From positions 2,666,001 to 2,730,000 of the forward strand of contig OZ024750.1 of assembly GCA_964016885.1 (NCBI GenBank): a DNA stretch of 64,000 bases, in the 5' to 3' direction. Under the pieces are notes generated by a model that was not told the origin of the DNA, ran no database searches, and saw only the letters and a program-made list of their open reading frames with translations. The position numbers and the translations under genes are program-made. Positions 31,697 through 46,768 of the stretch are shown in pieces (positions within the stretch are counted from its first letter, which is position 1; each line of letters begins with the position of its first letter). The DNA is from Eledone cirrhosa. Taxonomy: Eukaryota.

Positions 31697-32693
31697 TATT
31701 TCGTTTCTGAATTTGTTTAGCAAGATTCTTTATCTGAAATCGTGTGTTGAAACCGATATTGTTATACTTTGGGAGGGTCATGTTGCCAATAAGAAACACA
31801 CGCACCAGTTGCTTTCATTTCAATTTATTATATATTTATAAATTTATAAATTTACAAATCTACAAACTTATAAATTTATGGTTGGTTGGTTGGTTCCACA
31901 ACCAGATAGTTGTTTATATATTGTCATAGTCCTTTCATCACACACTCTGTGACCTCTTCAGTGACTGGGGATTCCTTTCTTCGTTTCTGTGCCTTTCCTT
32001 TCTTCTGTCCTACGCCATTTTGTTTCTGTGTGTGTGTTGTGTGCTCAGTTTGCGCATGCGCCACATCCGGGTGTCTGTGTGTGTTTGTGTTCATTTATCT
32101 ATTTGTTTATTTATTTACATGTTGTTGGTTGTTTGTTTGTTCTATGTGTGTGTGTGTTTTCATTTTGTCCTTAATTGTAAGTTGTGATGTTGCTGTTCCA
32201 CTCATATTTTCTATTTAATTTTGGTTGTAATTCTTTTATGCTTACTGCCTCTGTAATTTGCCTAAACATTGCCGTCTTTTCTGTGTGTGGATTCCATTTT
32301 TATTTCTATGCTCTCTAATCTACCCCTGTGTTCTATCTTAGCATGTTGGTAGAGTACAGATGGATTCTTTATTATCTTGAAGGTCTCGCCAGTGTTCATT
32401 TATCCGTTCCCCTATACTACGAGCTGTCTCACCTATGTACACTATATTTTTGTTTCTACATTGTCCTTCAGTACATCTTATGCTATACACTACATTTCTA
32501 GTTTTAACAGTTAATATGGGGGCTTATTTTACAGGTTATACATTTCTTATCTATACATGAGGGTCTTTGGAACGGGTATGTCTTGCTAATAAGTGTTTTT
32601 ATGGAGGTACCTCGTCCATACATATATATATATTTTTATACATATATATATATACATATATATATATACATATATATACATACATATATATAC

Positions 32694-32986
<293 letters not shown>

Positions 32987-32992
32987 CACATA

Positions 32993-33295
<303 letters not shown>

Positions 33296-33296
33296 G

Positions 33297-33366
<70 letters not shown>

Positions 33367-33372
33367 TTATAC

Positions 33373-33587
<215 letters not shown>

Positions 33588-33610
33588 CATATATATATAT
33601 ATATACATAC

Positions 33611-33643
<33 letters not shown>

Positions 33644-33683
33644 CATATATAATATATATATACATATATCTATATATATATAC

Positions 33684-33783
<100 letters not shown>

Positions 33784-33788
33784 CTACA

Positions 33789-33828
<40 letters not shown>

Positions 33829-33857
33829 CATATTTATATATATACATATATATATAC

Positions 33858-33892
<35 letters not shown>

Positions 33893-34216
33893 CATACATT
33901 TATATATATATATATACATACATTTATATATATATATATACATACATTTATATATATATATACATACATATATATATATATACATACATATATATATATA
34001 CATACATATATATATATACATACATATATATATATATATACATGCATATATAAATATATATACATACATATATATATATATACATACATATATATATACA
34101 TATATATATATATACTATATATATATATATCTATACAATATATATATATATACATACATATATATATATATATACATACATATATATATATATACATACA
34201 TTATATATATATATAC

Positions 34217-34311
<95 letters not shown>

Positions 34312-34477
34312 CATACATATATATATACATACATATATATATATATACATACATATATATATATATACATACATATATATATATATACATACATATATAT
34401 ATATATACATACATATATATATATATACATACATATATATATATACATACATACATACATATATATATACATACATA

Positions 34478-34511
<34 letters not shown>

Positions 34512-34516
34512 CATAC

Positions 34517-34663
<147 letters not shown>

Positions 34664-34731
34664 CATACATATATATATATATACATACATATATATATAT
34701 ATACATACATATATATATATACATACATATA

Positions 34732-34772
<41 letters not shown>

Positions 34773-34944
34773 ATACATACATATATATATATATATACAT
34801 ACATATATATATATACATACATATATATACATATACATACATATATATATATATACATACATATATATATATATACATACATATATACATACATATATAT
34901 ATATATACATACATATATATATATACATACATATATATATATAC

Positions 34945-34993
<49 letters not shown>

Positions 34994-35439
34994 CATACAT
35001 ATATATATATACATACATATATATATATACATACATATATATATATATACATACATATATATATATATACATACATATATATATACATACATACATATAT
35101 ATATATATATACATACATATATATATATATATACATACATATATATATATACATACATATATATATATATATACATACATATATATATATATATACATAC
35201 ATATATATATATATATAGATATATATATACATACATATATATATATACATACATACATATATATACATACATGTGTATGTATATATATACATACATGTGT
35301 ATGTATATATATACATACATGTGTATGTATATATATATACATACATGTGTATGTATATATATATACATACATGTGTATGTATATATATACATACATGTGT
35401 ATGTATATATATATATATGTATATATGTATGTGTATATA

Positions 35440-36480
35440 TGCCACACAAAAGGCTTATGGCAAAACTCTCTGCAATGGGTGTGAAGATGATCTTTTTAAC
35501 TGGTTGAAGTCCTTCATTCTCAGTCGAAGAGAGGTAGTCACGGTTCTGGGACAGCATTCCTCACCATATGAGATGGCATCTGGTGTACCTCAGGATCTGT
35601 TCTTGGCCCCCTTTTGTTTGTGGCATATATTAATGACATAGATGCCAACTTAAGGAATTCACAGTACTAAAGTACGCAGATGACATGAAGCTGTACCTTG
35701 TGATAAAAAGGACAGATCCTGAACACTATAGATCTTGCTTGCAGCCTGACCTGGACACTATGCAACAATGGATCTCAGACTGGCAACTCAAGCTAGCTGT
35801 GGACAAGTGCACAAACATGCATTTTGGGAGTAAAAACCCAGCGTCCACATACTCCCTCCACAACACTAATATCAAGAAGTCTTCCTGTGAACGTGACCTG
35901 GGCATTACGGTCAGCAGCGATTTGCGTTGGACGAAGCACGTCTCTAAAATTGTCAAGAGGGCCGAGGATGTCTTAGCATCACTCAGCAAGACCTTTGTCA
36001 GCAGCTCTCCAGATATCTATTTAAGGTTGGACATGACTATGGTGCGGCCACACTTAGAATTTGCATCACCAGTCTGAACCCCTATCTTGCTCAGGACATT
36101 GACCGCCTGGAAACTGTTCAGAGACGTGCAACCAAGCGAATACCCTCCATCAGGCATCTACCATACTCTGAGCGCCTTGCTTCCCTGGGCATGGATTCAT
36201 TGAAGCTCCGACGCCTGGCAACTGACTTGGTAAACACCCACAAAATTGTTAACCATCTTGCCAACAACAACCCTGAGTACCTTTTTGATTTCCATGTGTC
36301 TAAACACACGTGGACATGCCCACAAAGTAAGAAAACAGCACAGTTCCCATGACTTTTGGAAACAATCACGCTCAGAGTTGCTGAAGCATGGAACAAACTA
36401 CCTGCATCAGTTGTTAGCTCTCGTGACACTGCATCCTTTAAGGCCTCCATGCTTCCCGAGATCCGCCAACACTACAGCTA
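35440..36480 (+). mobile_element. Truncated CR1-type LINE reverse transcriptase fragment
   Basis: SGVPQ, YINDI, KYADDMKLY, ERDLGI, VRPHLEFASPV, LETVQRRATK and TRGH motifs with frameshifts and stops. Confidence 0.88.
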
Positions 36481-36692
36481 ACACATACACACATGTACTT
36501 CCCTGACATTTGTGTATTATTCTATGTACTATATTGACGAGTTGTAGTGCACCTGAGCACTTTACACAATTTCACTATCATATATATATACATATACATA
36601 CATACATATACATGCATATATATATATACATGCATATATACATATATACATACATACATACATACATACATATCTATACATATCTATACATA

Positions 36693-36730
<38 letters not shown>

Positions 36731-36734
36731 CATA

Positions 36735-36772
<38 letters not shown>

Positions 36773-36927
36773 CATATATATATATACATACATATATATA
36801 CATATCTATATATACATACATATATATACATATCTATATATACATACATATATATACATATCTATATATACATACATATATATACATATCTATATATACA
36901 TACATATATATACATATATACATATAC

Positions 36928-36975
<48 letters not shown>

Positions 36976-36993
36976 ATATATACATATATATAC

Positions 36994-37024
<31 letters not shown>

Positions 37025-37082
37025 CATATATATAATATACATATATATATATACATATGTATATATACATATATATATATAC

Positions 37083-37113
<31 letters not shown>

Positions 37114-37608
37114 CATATGTATATATACATATATATATATACATATATATATATACATATATATATATATACATATATATATACATATATATATATATAC
37201 ATATACATATACATATACATATATATATACATATATATATACATATATATATACATATATATATACATATATATATACACATATATATATACACATATAT
37301 ATATACACATATATATATACATATATATATATACATATATATATATACATATATATATATACATATATATATATACATATATATATATACATATATATAT
37401 ATACATATATATATATACATATATATATATATACATATACATATATATATACATATATATATATATACATATACATATATATATACATATACATATATAT
37501 ATACATATATATATACATATATACATATATATATATACATATATATATATACATATACATATATATATACATATATATATACATATATATATATATACAT
37601 ATATATAC

Positions 37609-37657
<49 letters not shown>

Positions 37658-37672
37658 CATATATATATATAC

Positions 37673-37779
<107 letters not shown>

Positions 37780-37804
37780 CATATATATATATATACATAT
37801 ATAC

Positions 37805-37915
<111 letters not shown>

Positions 37916-38036
37916 CATATATATATATACATATATATACATATATATATACATATATATATACATATATATATATATATACATATATATATACATATAT
38001 ATATATATATACATATATATATACATATATATATAC

Positions 38037-38259
<223 letters not shown>

Positions 38260-38343
38260 CATATATACATATATATATATATATACATATATATATACAT
38301 ATACATATATACATATACATATATATATACATACATACATACA

Positions 38344-38379
<36 letters not shown>

Positions 38380-38530
38380 TACATATATACATATATATAT
38401 ACATATATATATACATATATATATATATACATATATATATACATACATATATATATACATATATATATACATATATATATACATATATATATACATATAT
38501 ATATACATATATATATACATATATATATAC

Positions 38531-38583
<53 letters not shown>

Positions 38584-38594
38584 CATATATATAC

Positions 38595-38693
<99 letters not shown>

Positions 38694-38698
38694 CATAC

Positions 38699-38793
<95 letters not shown>

Positions 38794-38847
38794 CATATAT
38801 ATATATACATATATATATATACATATATATATATATAAATATATACA

Positions 38848-38881
<34 letters not shown>

Positions 38882-38956
38882 CACATATATATACACATAT
38901 ATATATATGTACATATATATATGTACATATATATATATATATACATATATATATAC

Positions 38957-38987
<31 letters not shown>

Positions 38988-39157
38988 CATACATATATAT
39001 ATATATACACATATATATATATATATACATACATATATACACATATATATATATATATATACATATATATATACATACATATATACATATATATATATAC
39101 ATACATATATATATATACATACATATATATATATACATACATATATATATACATACA

Positions 39158-39197
<40 letters not shown>

Positions 39198-39386
39198 CAT
39201 ACATATATATATACATACATATATATATACATACATATATATATACATACATATATATATACATACATATATATATACATACATATATATATATATACAT
39301 ACATATATATATATATACATACATATATATATATATACATACATATATATATACATACATACATATATATATACATACATATATAC

Positions 39387-39417
<31 letters not shown>

Positions 39418-39434
39418 CATATATACATATATAC

Positions 39435-39465
<31 letters not shown>

Positions 39466-39569
39466 CATACATATATATATATACATATATATATATACAT
39501 ATATATATATACATATATACATATATATACATATATATACATATAATACATATATATACATATATATAC

Positions 39570-39638
<69 letters not shown>

Positions 39639-41857
39639 CATATATATATATACATATATATACATATATATACATATATATATATATACACATATATACA
39701 CATATATACACATATATATATATATACACATATATATATATATACACATATATATATATATACACATATATATATATATACACATATATATATATATATA
39801 CACATATATATATATATATACACATATATATATATATATACACATATATATATATATATACACATATATATATATATACACATATATATATATATACACA
39901 TATATATATATATACACATATATATATACACATATATACATATATATGCATATATATATATATATACATATATATACATACATATATATACATATATATA
40001 CATATATATATATACATACATACATATACATATACATACATACATATACATATATATATACATACATACATATCATTTTACGTCAACTTTTTCCCTGCTT
40101 GCAAGGGTGGGACGGGAACTGATTCTGGCTTGATTCCTACAGCTGGATGCCCTTCCTAACACCAACCTCATTTACAGTGAGCGCTGGGTGCTTTTTTGCC
40201 GTGGAATGATAGGGACCCCAGTCCCTATCACCTCATTTCTACAGCTGAGTGAAATAAAGTGTCTTGCTCAAGGAAACAACACATCACCTGGTCTGATAAT
40301 TGAACTCACAATCTTTCGATTGCAAAGCCAATGCTGTAACCACTAAGCCATGTGCCTCCACATAAATACAACTATGTATATACATCTCTGTATCAGTTCC
40401 CGTATGTGTAGGTCAGCCTCCCGGATGCTGCCCACAACAGGACAACCCGTCTAAACCATGCAAGTGTGGAAGAACAGACGTAAAACGGTGATGAAGATGA
40501 TGATATATATACATAAAACAGTTGCTTTAGTGGGGGTGGAGTTCTAGTCTGAAGAACTTCTGCTGAGTTTCTTACCACTCTGAGTTTTTTGAGTTTCTTA
40601 CCATTATTTGAAAGATATTACAAACAATGAACATCAAATATTAGAAAACATAGATCATGGATTATTTTGTTTATTTTATCAAAGTAAACTTTTCAATAAA
40701 GTAAAAAAATGTAATATATTTTTGCCACATTTTCTTCAATAAAATGATCCAGTTTCCAAGTATTTGCTAAATTAACCATTACAATTTTCACATGCATATC
40801 AACATCGGTTTCAATAAAAGTTAAAGAAAAAATTATATTCTCTGATCCACAGTTCAATTACAAGCTATGGAATACACTATATATTGTTAATCTATTTATC
40901 AGTTGCTAGGCACCAGTGGATTGCTGAAAAAAACCCAGTCAAAGCCAATGTTAACAATGATAGCACACAATTAAAAGAGATGTTTAACTTTTATATGTTG
41001 TAAAACTAAAATGCCCAATTATAAGTATCCAAGTATTGACCACATAAGTAATATATTTGTTACTCATTTTGAAAATAATTTAAATTTACAATCATTTGGA
41101 ATAATGCTTGGAAAATAAAAAAGGTGACAGCAGAGAAAATTGAAAGTTAAAAGAATCTAAAAACTGAAACATTTTCCTGATATGATATTAATTCACTATA
41201 CTGATTAAAACAAACTTCCCAGTGAATTTCAATGAAGAATTGTTGATAAAACTGAAATTATAATTACATAATTGCACTCCATTGCATAGCCACATACAAT
41301 ATCCAAGTCAATGAGGGAGCTTTTCCCATCTTGAAAATATTATTGTTCAGAGAGGCCACAAATTTTTAACTCTGATCATTACCTGTCGATAATTTTAAAG
41401 AGATGCAGCTGAGCAGAAGAAAAATATATAGCTTTTGTCTCTCCTTGTGTATTTAGATGGTTTTAATGTTTTAAAACCACAAGTAAGATGATGAAAAAAA
41501 AAAAAAAAAAATCCTTCCTCAAACAGCATATTTTTCTTTTGCCTTCTAAACGTAAGGAAAGTTTTCTTTTCTTGATATTATATATTTCTCGTTTTATATT
41601 TTATCAGCAGAAAACATTAAAGATGTAATTAAAAAGAATGAAACAAACGTGTTTCTTAGCTGAGGTCATTCAGATGAGAAAAAAAACAAAATGAAACAAT
41701 ACTGAAAACTTCCTATTTTTAAAAATTATATGAATTGAGATCATTGATAAATTATGCGATATGGCCTTATAAGATTCTACTTTGAATCCCCTGCCAATCA
41801 AACTAGAAAAATCATCAAAGTTGATGAAAATAATTAAGTTTATTTCTTCAAACAAGT

Positions 41858-42829
41858 TCAAGTAATGTCCAAGCCTTTAGTCTGAATTAATGACACAACA
41901 TAAGGTAATCCTGATGTTTCTAAATCACTGTTACTGCCTCGTTCAAGTTCAATTTTAATAGGATAGGAGTCTTTGGCACTTTTAGAGTGAGAGCTGAATT
42001 CTTCGATATTTGGATGAGATAAATTAGATAGAGTATCGTCAGTTAGCTCTGAAGATTTTAATCGTTTTGGCGGTGAAGGACCTTTTGGGTTTTCACTATC
42101 ACAGTAAGAATGTGGTTGCCAAGGTTCTGATAAATCATCGTGGACAACAATATGTGTATCTGAGTGTCTTGAAGGAAAAGAAGATAAAAAGTCCTTTTTA
42201 CTGCATCTTTTTTTCAAAGGACTTGATGGTTCTTGTTTCAATCCTACAGAATCGTTGGCATAGCTTGAAACTGTAGAGTCTCTATCAGCTGAATAAATGA
42301 TCACCGGTGCAGCTGGTTGTTTTGTTTGGAACTGTATTTGGTTTGTTACCGACTCTGGAGATAAGCTCTGTAACTGTTGGACTGCTTTTGAGATTGTTGG
42401 AGTAACATCCCTATTAGGCAGGCCTACAAAAGATACACCAGTTGATAGTGATGGGCCGTCAGTTTTAGGCATTGTATCAACAACATCTGTTGAAATGGCA
42501 TCCCTCATAATGTCTGGAGATTCATTTGATTGTGAAATTAAGGCCTTAGTTGAGATAGAGTTGTCAGCAGAACTCAAAACTTGCTTCCGATAAAGTTTAC
42601 ACATATCTAAGAGATCACATAAACCAAGAATTTTTGCAATATGTTCCATGTCTTCTAACACCTCCTCGTTAAGAGAGACAACACCTTCATACATATATTT
42701 AGCAAATGACCATAAAGCATCACCACCAATTTCCTGAGAGAATGTCAACTGGAAACATCCTGATGTTACATTGGCATTCGGTAATGTTAAGAGCTGTGGG
42801 CTAAGAGCAATCAACACAACTTTGTGAAC
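41858..42829 (-). CDS. Shared terminal exon: rest of BTB (VHKVVLIALSPQL...FAKYMYEGVVSL...IAKILGLCDLLDMC) plus a Ser/Pro-rich tail with basic patches (PLKKR, PPKRLK)
   Basis: tttctag|GTT acceptor, phase 0; BTB motifs HK.VL.A.S and YMY.G; open to TGA at 41858. Confidence 0.88.
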   Translation of the reverse strand, partial: VHKVVLIALSPQLLTLPNANVTSGCFQLTFSQEIGGDALWSFAKYMYEGVVSLNEEVLEDMEHIAKILGLCDLLDMCKLYRKQVLSSADNSISTKALISQSNESPDIMRDAISTDVVDTMPKTDGPSLSTGVSFVGLPNRDVTPTISKAVQQLQSLSPESVTNQIQFQTKQPAAPVIIYSADRDSTVSSYANDSVGLKQEPSSPLKKRCSKKDFLSSFPSRHSDTHIVVHDDLSEPWQPHSYCDSENPKGPSPPKRLKSSELTDDTLSNLSHPNIEEFSSHSKSAKDSYPIKIELERGSNSDLETSGLPYVVSLIQTKGLDIT

Positions 42830-43318
42830 CTAGAAAAGAAAGAACAAAACGTTTATAGAAAAACAATATAAAACATAAAGAATCTCAAAAACTAACAAGG
42901 AGTATTAAATCTTTCGTTACCAACAAATCTGAAACTGCACTATTTTATAAAATGTTCATGCTTAACTCTTTAGCATTTAAACCAACTGTATCTGACCAGA
43001 ATTCTCTCACCTCTTTCTGTTCAAATCAGCTGTAACCGGCCACTCATACTGATGTTAAGGTATTGTTCTCAAAATAAATAATATCAAAATCTCATAGATT
43101 CGATATTATGTGAGTTAAAGCCTTTACCATGAAAATATAATAGCAAATATAGAGTAATGTAAATGGTAAAGGGTTAAAGACTTAATGTTTGATACTAAAC
43201 ATTCTGTATTTGTGATTTGGATTAGCAATGATTCACCTTAACTACTAAAGAAAAATACATAAGCATCTGCAGATACATACAGAGTTGGACTATCAATAGT
43301 TCAATATTTAATGCTTAC

Positions 43319-43481
43319 CATAATTTTCATTGTTCCATTTCCAATAGAAGCATCACAGAGTTTACCCTTTTTCCAAAGGTTGGCCATATTGGAGAGCATG
43401 TGGCCTTGGTGTTTGTGCACAACATATGAATGAGTGGGGTTTTCAACTGTTTTCATAAAACTCGGTGGAGTATTTTGCTCA
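43319..43481 (-). CDS. Shared BTB/POZ exon 1 (EQNTPP...HQGHMLSNMANLWKKGKLCDASIGNGTMKIM)
   Basis: catacag|T GAG phase-2 acceptor; H...L..M..LW..GKLCD start of a ZBTB/Kelch-type BTB; ATG|GTAAGC donor, phase 0. Confidence 0.88.
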
Positions 43482-45304
43482 CTGTATGTAAATAAAAATG
43501 AAATATAAAGCATGAATGGATGACAAATATAAATTAAAGAAAAAACATGAAAAATAAAACAAAGACGACAATTCTCTGACCAATCAAACATAGACCAGCA
43601 GGGAAAGCAGATGTTAAAATGATGAATGTTCATATGAATATATACCATATATACTTGAATAAAATAAACTGACCACCATTGGGGCAAACATCCAAATATT
43701 ATTAACGTAGAATTTAAAGTTGGTGAAAATCGTCAAAATATTGATCATAAATATAAACCAAACCCTCTTCTACCATCGATGTTTTCGGTCACATATTCCT
43801 TGACTTATATTCGAGTATATACAGTAAGTATTGAGATTTGCAGTACTTAGAAAAAAGAAAAGAACTCATTTCATATTATCTTACAATATAAAACTCACTG
43901 AAGTTGGATATCAGTACCATTAAACAACAAACTTATTAAAATATGTCAGAGAAAGTGGACATAGCATTTATTAAGTGGAAGTGTAGTACTCCATGCAGAA
44001 GCATTGTATTGACATTTGAAGATAAAATACATACAGATTATCATAATGTATGAAAATACAAGGGTAGGCTGAACAGTTTATAGGCATTCTATGAAGGAGT
44101 GATGCTAGTGCTGTGAAATCTTGCATGCATTAATTTCAACCCCTCATGGAAACTGGAGATTTCGCACTGTATGCCACTATTCAGTTTATAATAGAATGAA
44201 AATCTGAGTTGTCTCCCTTGCATTAAACGAATTATTACTAACGATAACGATGTCTTTTTATGATAGGTGTAATTTACATTGTTTTAAGGCTTGCTACATA
44301 TACGGCAGCCCTCAAATATATGCTCTTACTGAAAAAAGTGTTATTGCAAATAGTTTAGAAAGCAACCTATTTTTGTATACATGGAGGTTATGTTGATGAC
44401 TGCAATAAACTTAACCAATGTGGAAAAGCTGTAGTTCCTTTGTAAACCATTAAAGAGTTTAGTTCTGAAGAGATAACTGAACTGATATCTATTTTTGGAG
44501 TAAATGCATTTTATATTTATCAAGTTAGAGTAATATTGATAGATTTTACGGGCAAAACCAACCGGCAGGAGACCCAGGGGTAGACCCCGAGCAAGATGGT
44601 TCGAGTTTGGTTGGTCTTGCTTGGGGATCCAGCCGGATCAGTTGATGACGGTTACTTCTGACATGACCCACTGGAGGGAATGTTTGAGGACTCTGCCCCC
44701 ACGACCATCTCAGGAATAAGTGGTCAAAGGAGAAGAAAGAGTAACATTGGAGATACCAGGGACTGAACCCAGGACCTTTTACTTGCCTAAACCAGAAACC
44801 ATTATTATTGACTAACTATTTCCAAGTGAAGGGTGTAGTAAACTTTAACAGACTGGACATCATTTGCACAGCTCATATATTTATGTACTACCATAATCTG
44901 TACTTGATTTTATTGCCTTGTTGTTTATCCCAAGGCCAGCTTTGATTAAATAAACTTATGATCAAAATGTTCAAAGTTAAAATCAAGTTGAAACCAACTT
45001 TTCCTATCATAGTAGATTGGCAGAATTGCTGAAGCACTGGATAAGATGTCTTGTGGCAATTGTTCTGGCTCTTTGCATTGTGAGTTCATATCCGGTTGTG
45101 ACCAACTTAAATTGTAGATCTACAAGTAAGTGTTAGCATTCAGACCAGACTTGAAGATAATTACTTCTCAGAGGATCTGAAAGGGTCATGAGCACAGCCC
45201 TGACTAAACAGAAAAAAAAAACAAACACCAACAGTGACTATCCATTCCAGACATAGTATATCCAGGACCACATTGATCAAAGTATGGGTATGATGTGAGG
45301 AATG

Positions 45305-45438
45305 TTTCATTGTTTCCGAAGAAGATGGTATGATCGAACCTATATATTATGTCTGATAGTGTACAGTTCTGTAACTGCTATAGATCAGTCAATATATTGA
45401 TATGATCAATCCTCCGAAACGATCGTAAAACAATGAAA
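45305..45438 (+). ncRNA. Hammerhead-like motif with a long stem II (variant core CCGAAGA)
   Basis: 11-bp perfect stem I tttcattgttt/aaacaatgaaa, GAAAC-GATC-GTA, irregular ~93-nt hairpin as stem II. Confidence 0.55.
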
Positions 45439-46239
45439 TGAATATGTAAAATAACTTGCCTTTGTTATCATTGTTAAATAAACTAATATGTTATATATAA
45501 TATTAGGTATAAATTGAAGTTGTAGCTGCCATATAGCAGGTACTACTCGAGTTGAGGCAATCACAAAGCACTCAATGGATTGATAAGCTAAACATTATTG
45601 TCCAGAGTAAAACACAATGGTTAAAATGTGGGACACCAAGAAAAATGACAGAATGCAGTGGCCATACTTATACCACAAGGACAAATACAAAAAGGTTGAG
45701 GACTAACTAACCATATATATGTGTGTGTGTGTATCTTGGGTTCAAGTGGGGTAACCACAGTAAGGTACACAATACATTAGTAGAGTATATAATGTTTAAG
45801 ATAGAAATGGCTTCTACAGGACTAGAACTGTTGGGATTTCCTGGTGATTTTCTTTGAATGAAACAGTTGTAGCCCTGTAAAAGCCATTTCTATATATATA
45901 TATAATCAGATAAGATGTGGTAAAAAACCAGGTGGACCATAACCCACCAGAGTACTCGATACTTGGGGTAGTAAAGTAGGTAATATGATCTAGCTGTCAA
46001 AAGGGCTGGAGCTCAGCCACCGGGGTCCTGAATCTTTTCATATATATACATATACATACATTCACACAACCATCTATGTGTGTGTGTATATAAATATACA
46101 TACATTCACACAACCATCTATATGTGTGTGTGTATATATACATATATATACATTCACACAACCATCTATGTGTGTATATATACATATATCTACATACATA
46201 CATACATACACACAACCATCTATATATGTGTATATAGTG

Positions 46240-46566
46240 TAGAGAGAGGCGTTGCACCCCAGCAAATTTTACGAAAGGCGGGTAAATGTGTTTAGGATGG
46301 CCCGAGTGGTTGGGCCTTCTCTCTATATAAACCTGTAGGTTGCGGGAAGAGAGGAAAGGTGCGCTCCTAGAGATGAAGGTTGTACATTTGTTCGGGGTGT
46401 GTACAACCCATGTGTAACGCCCCCCTCCCCCCTACTGGGGATTTCGATTGTTAAATTTAATATTATTGTTATTAATTCTTTTCTTTCTTTACACGCCTGT
46501 ATGTAAACTCCCCACTATATGTATTTGTCCCCATCTTTTTACGCCCTTGTGGCAAATAAAGAAATA
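46240..46566 (+). mobile_element. Probable LINE (Tx1/L1-like) 3' end
   Basis: GC-rich island ending in aataaagaaat next to TA repeats; family assignment tentative. Confidence 0.35.
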
Positions 46567-46768
46567 TATATCTATATACATGAGATAGAATTGTAAACAT
46601 GCAAACAAAAATAATTTATCTACTAATAAATATTAAGTCCCTTTGAAGTAAATATTTACCATGCTACAATGTTTGTGTGAGAGACGACAGAACATCTTAG
46701 AAAGAATTAACAGATTGTTCAGTCTCCTAACTAAAGATGGTGACAGACGTGGAAATAATTATGCTTAC

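Noticed and set aside
46050-46230. Repeat (cacacaaccatcta) separated by variable spacers
   Set aside because: The spacers are only TG/TA microsatellite, so this is a compound minisatellite
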